A stretch of DNA of 10,094 bases from Promethearchaeota archaeon (GTDB lineage Archaea; Asgardarchaeota; Lokiarchaeia; Sigyniarchaeales; SOKP01). The notes beneath the pieces were generated by a model. It was given only the letters and a program-made list of their open reading frames with translations. It was not told the origin of the DNA and did not search any database. The DNA lies in NCBI GenBank assembly GCA_048938895.1, contig JBHLLU010000100.1, positions 1-10,094 on the forward strand, written 5' to 3'. Made by a program: the position numbers and the translations under genes. Positions 6,505-10,094 of the stretch are shown piece after piece; within the stretch, counting starts at the first letter, position 1, and each line of letters begins with the position of its first letter.

Positions 6505-7707
6505 TTAATAGAATCTTCCTTTCAATTCTTCTGCTGTAAAGGATTTTGTTTGACCAATTAAATCATAAGCATCGTCAGTTTTTTCCCAAATATTCCATAG
6601 AAGTACTCCCTTCACATATCCCTCCTTTAAGTAATAGATGACTCCTTCCTCAAATTCTTCTACCCAATCTTCCATAATATCAAATTCAGGATTTAATTCA
6701 CCAATAGCTTCATAACCTAGTTCAAATAAATCTGAATAGAAATAGGACAAATGATCAAAAGGAATTTGTTCGCCTGTCATGTTTTGACCTGCAATCTCTC
6801 CCATGTTGAGAGCATTATCTTCATGTTCTACACGAATGTATTTTTTGAGCAATGAGTTATAATAGGATGCAACATCACCAGCAGCATATATATCCGGATC
6901 ATTCGTTTGGAGGTAATTATTTACCACTATTCCATTATCAACTTCTAAATCTGCAGCTTTGGCGAGTTCAATATTAGGTTTAATGCCTAATCCCGCAATT
7001 ACCGCATCAAACTTTAGTTTTTTTCCACTTTTTGTTTCCACTACAAATTCTCTACCTTCTTTTACAATGTTAAGTACTAACTCATCATTTAATACCCTAA
7101 TACCATTCTCTCTATAATATTCATTTAAATAATCACTTAACGCTTTTGGGAAGATTAAAGCACATATTCCACTTTCCGGAAAAATCATAGTGACTTCAGC
7201 ATCTTCGTTATACATTTTAATTCCCGCTGCTATTTCTGATCCGATAAAACTTCCTCCAATGACGGCAAATCTCTTGCTATCATCCACATATTCTTTGAGT
7301 TTTTTATAGTCTGAAAGAGTCCGATAATATATTATATCTTCATCCTTAACTTTTGGGAGTTTTCTAGGGCTGCCACCTGTAGCAATTAGAAGCTTTGAAT
7401 ATTTGTATTTTACTCCTTTATCATCAATAACATATTTATTAGTTTTATCAATTTGAGTCACTACCTTCCCTAGATGCATTTCAATAAATGTTTCACTTGT
7501 ATCCAAATCAATATCTTCAAGTTCTTCTTCTCCAGTCCAAAGACCTTTAGAAAGAGGTGGACGGGCATAGGGAGGATCTATTTCACTGCTAATCAAGCCA
7601 ATAGTTCCATCGGCATCGCTTTCGCGGATACTATGAGCAGCAGCATCTGCAGTCATTCCTCCCCCGATGATTAAGTATTTATAACTATAATCAGTCATCT
7701 TATTCAA
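6505..7707 (-). CDS. FAD/NAD(H)-dependent oxidoreductase, AIF-like branch of the ferredoxin-reductase family
   Basis: Motifs [65 protein letters not shown] and GVIYYL...[14 protein letters not shown] (7714-7719, minus strand) lies 6 nt before TTG 7707, the preferred start. ATG 7698 is the alternative. Confidence 0.92.
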   Translation of the reverse strand: [400 protein letters not shown]

Positions 7708-7773
7708 TAACAACTCCTTACTTTTGATTATGAACTAGAAAGTCTTATTTATTTATCTATAGATTATAAAATA

Positions 7774-9174
7774 TTATCGAATTTTATTTTTTCTTAAATA
7801 TTCTAAATATACCCGTTCTTTCTCTTTATGAATCTTAATAATTTCTTCTTTTTGAGCGAGCCATTGAGGACCATCTAATCTATAACGAAACATAACAAGT
7901 GCACCAATTATCATAAAAATCGAGGGAATAAGTGAAAAACCCAGCATAATTCCCAATCGTGCAGGAAAATCTTGAATAGTTTGGTCTGGATCAAACTTAA
8001 AAGAATCAATTATCAAAAGAAATAGCCAATTTGCGAGTGAAATTCCCGGTTTGGTTATTAGTGCGTTTATTCCTGAATAGGTCGTTTCACGTCGTTTTCC
8101 TGTTCTTATTTCATCGTAATCAACAATATCAGCAAAGAGAACCTGGTTTATCAGCAAATAACCTGAGAATCCAACACCAATAATTATGAACCCAATTAAT
8201 GCAGAATATAATATCCATCCGAAAAAAAAGGTTAAGAGAAACCCACTTCCCATTAATAGATTTGCGAAAATAAAAGTTCTTTTTACATTATACTTTCTAA
8301 GTAATTTATTAAATACTGTTAAAAAAGCAAAAATCATAAGGAACACTAATGCCAATGGAAGTGAATTTAGGAAACCTGGCAATCTTAACATATAATCCGC
8401 GTAATAGTAAATTGCAGTAGTAAGTATAGTTTGGGCTATGGTAAAGGAAAAATTCGCAACCTCATAAACCATAAATGGTTTATTTTTAAAAGTTTCTCTT
8501 ATTCCTTGTATAATAGGAAGCGTTTCTTCCAATTGTGTGTATTTATTTTCTTTTAGGTGATAGCTACTTAAAAATAAAATTAGAGCAGCGATGATACCCA
8601 CGATCACCATTGTAAAAATAAAGATTTGTGGTTCATCTGGAGCCTGAGGTCCCGTTAATAATACTAAAGGTAGTATGAAAGCAATTATATATGAAGTAGA
8701 ACTCATAATGGTCCCGTATAACAATAAATTTGCTCTTTCTTTTGTGGTTATTGCCATTTCGGCAGGTAATGTGAGATTTATCAACCCCAGAATAGTAAAT
8801 AATGTATCAAAAATGAATAAAACTATGATAAAATTAAAGAAAAGTGTTATTTGACTATTTATGTTCAGAAAAGGAATCCAACATAAGATAAAAGTTAAAC
8901 CGTATAACGGGGCTCCAAATCGGATATAAGGAATTCTTCTACCATATTTTTCTGATTTTGTATTGTCTTCGATAAAACCGAATATAGGGTCGTTAATGGC
9001 ATTCCAAAATGAAAAAATAAGCCATGCGATCCCAAGTGATTTAGCATTCAATCCCAATGTTGTGTTATAGAAAAAAGTTATAGCCGTAAAAGCAATCTGG
9101 GATGGTAAACCAATACCAGCTCCGAACCCCCCATAAGCCATTTTCGATTTAAGTGATAATTTCTCTTTAACCAT
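7774..9174 (-). CDS. GPH (MelB-like) family MFS glycoside:cation symporter
   Basis: About 12 hydrophobic segments. Motifs WNAINDPIFGFIED, YGRRIPYI, LPAEMAITTKER, FKNKPF and ADIVDYDEIRTGKRRETTYSG. Confidence 0.92.
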   Translation of the reverse strand: MVKEKLSLKSKMAYGGFGAGIGLPSQIAFTAITFFYNTTLGLNAKSLGIAWLIFSFWNAINDPIFGFIEDNTKSEKYGRRIPYIRFGAPLYGLTFILCWIPFLNINSQITLFFNFIIVLFIFDTLFTILGLINLTLPAEMAITTKERANLLLYGTIMSSTSYIIAFILPLVLLTGPQAPDEPQIFIFTMVIVGIIAALILFLSSYHLKENKYTQLEETLPIIQGIRETFKNKPFMVYEVANFSFTIAQTILTTAIYYYADYMLRLPGFLNSLPLALVFLMIFAFLTVFNKLLRKYNVKRTFIFANLLMGSGFLLTFFFGWILYSALIGFIIIGVGFSGYLLINQVLFADIVDYDEIRTGKRRETTYSGINALITKPGISLANWLFLLIIDSFKFDPDQTIQDFPARLGIMLGFSLIPSIFMIIGALVMFRYRLDGPQWLAQKEEIIKIHKEKERVYLEYLRKNKIR

Positions 9175-9224
9175 AACTTAACACTTATAATTTAATATCA
9201 GATTTAATATGATTACCATCTACT

Positions 9225-9232
9225 TTTATAAA
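9225..9232. promoter_or_regulatory. Palindromic TATA-like box TTTATAAA in divergent intergenic region
   Basis: Perfect palindrome matching the archaeal TTTAWAWA consensus on both strands, between divergent starts 9174 and 9294. GGAGAGG SD at 9280-9286. Confidence 0.45.
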
Positions 9233-9293
9233 TTATAATGTTGAGAAAGAAATAACTCCTACAATTTATGATACTAAAAGGAGAGGAAATTAA

Positions 9294-9863
9294 ATGGAGA
9301 TTGAAGAATTAAGAAATATATTAGGAGGAGAGTTTGCCTTCATATTCAATGAGATCAATCCCGTTATTCAAAGTTTGAAATTAGAAAAAACAGCACATAT
9401 CCTAGACATTGGCACAGGAATGGGCTGGATGGCAATAATTCTTGCTTTGAATGATTTTAAGGTAACTACAGGAGAACCTGAAGAGGATAAATCAGAATAT
9501 GCCAAAAAAGATTGGTTAAAATATGCTAAAACAGCAAAAGTTGATCACTTAATTACCTATACACCCTTTAATGCCGAAAAAATGCCCTTTGAAGATGCTT
9601 CTTTTGATACTATATTTCTTTTAGGTGCGCTACATCATATTGATGATATAGATAAAGCTCTTAAGGAATCAGTGCGTATATTAAGGAAATCGGGGATTAT
9701 TTGTATTTTTGAACCAAATAGTAATTTGATAAAGATTATCCGCCAAAATGAGCACCCTACTCACCCTGATGCTATTAATCCCAGAGATTATGCTCAAAGG
9801 CTTCATTTATCAATGGAATTAATAGAACTACCATTTTATAATACTTATATTTTAAGAAAATAA
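9294..9863 (+). CDS. Class I SAM-dependent methyltransferase (Methyltransf_11-like), 189 aa
   Basis: Motifs ILDIGTGMG, AEKMPFEDASFDTI, ALHHI and ESVRILRKSG...IFEP. Strong SD. Confidence 0.9.
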   Translation: MEIEELRNILGGEFAFIFNEINPVIQSLKLEKTAHILDIGTGMGWMAIILALNDFKVTTGEPEEDKSEYAKKDWLKYAKTAKVDHLITYTPFNAEKMPFEDASFDTIFLLGALHHIDDIDKALKESVRILRKSGIICIFEPNSNLIKIIRQNEHPTHPDAINPRDYAQRLHLSMELIELPFYNTYILRK

Positions 9864-9891
9864 ACAATTATTGAGAAGGTGACTAAAAATT

Positions 9892-10094
9892 ATGTCAAAA
9901 GAACCTGAAAACGAAACGATAGATTTGGTTGTCGATCACACCTTAATGGGGGTAACCCCAGAAATGTTAGATTGGTGGTGGGGTAATATTGATACCACAG
10001 AACGTTATAAATTATGGCACCCAAAAGACCATAAATCTTTTGAGTGGGAAGTTCCTCCTAAACAGGGTCATTTTGGGGCTATTCATAGAGTAGA
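9892..10094 (+). CDS. PhlG/DAPG hydrolase family protein, N-terminal fragment (runs off window)
   Basis: ATG 9892 with AGGTGA at 9877-9882. Translation MSKEPENETIDLVVDHTLMGVTPEMLDWWWGNIDTTERYKLWHPKDHKSFEWEVPPKQGHFGAIHRV... carries the GVTPEMLDWW and RYKLWHPxDH hallmarks of the PhlG Bet v1-like hydrolase family. Not in the ORF track. Confidence 0.82.
   Translation, partial: MSKEPENETIDLVVDHTLMGVTPEMLDWWWGNIDTTERYKLWHPKDHKSFEWEVPPKQGHFGAIHRV

Noticed and set aside
683-8395. Short or antisense ORFs in the track (683-913, 1193-1375, 2133-2651, 3083-3310, 3241-3498, 3839-4024, 4178-4462, 4351-4545, 4591-4776, 7474-7674, 8186-8395)
   Set aside because: All lie antisense to well-supported genes and show no recognisable motifs. 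They are consistent with shadow ORFs.
1-10094. CRISPR array, tRNA/rRNA, IS/transposase, integrase or defence system
   Set aside because: No spaced repeats, GC-rich structured RNA segments, terminal inverted repeats or nuclease/recombinase motifs were seen. Both methyltransferases lack DNA-methyltransferase motifs (DPPY/NPPY, PCQ).

Overview
AT-rich, gene-dense window of metabolic accessory genes: 9 complete CDS plus 2 partial CDS at the edges that the ORF track missed. No rRNA, tRNA, CRISPR or mobile element was seen. Gene order: arylsulfatase C-terminus (+, partial); divergent class III PLP enzyme (-); wHTH/Cys-rich/2x[4Fe-4S] protein (+); flavodoxin-like protein (-); LLM F420-type oxidoreductase, six-blade Kelch protein and SAM methyltransferase (+, likely operon); AIF-like FAD oxidoreductase and GPH/MelB transporter (-); SAM methyltransferase and PhlG/DAPG-hydrolase-like protein (+, partial). 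TATA-like boxes, a GGTGA Shine-Dalgarno site, oligo-T terminators without hairpins and the gene repertoire suggest an archaeon, plausibly Asgard/Lokiarchaeia (inference only). The most notable points are: (1) a flavoprotein with motif-level similarity to eukaryotic apoptosis-inducing factor AIFM1; (2) a class III 'aminotransferase' with a phospho-lyase-like KxKPP signature and no glutamate switch; (3) an unannotated PhlG-like C-C hydrolase paired with a methyltransferase; (4) a poorly characterised wHTH-FeS protein. I cannot demonstrate a single coherent new system. All family assignments come from motif recognition, not database searches.
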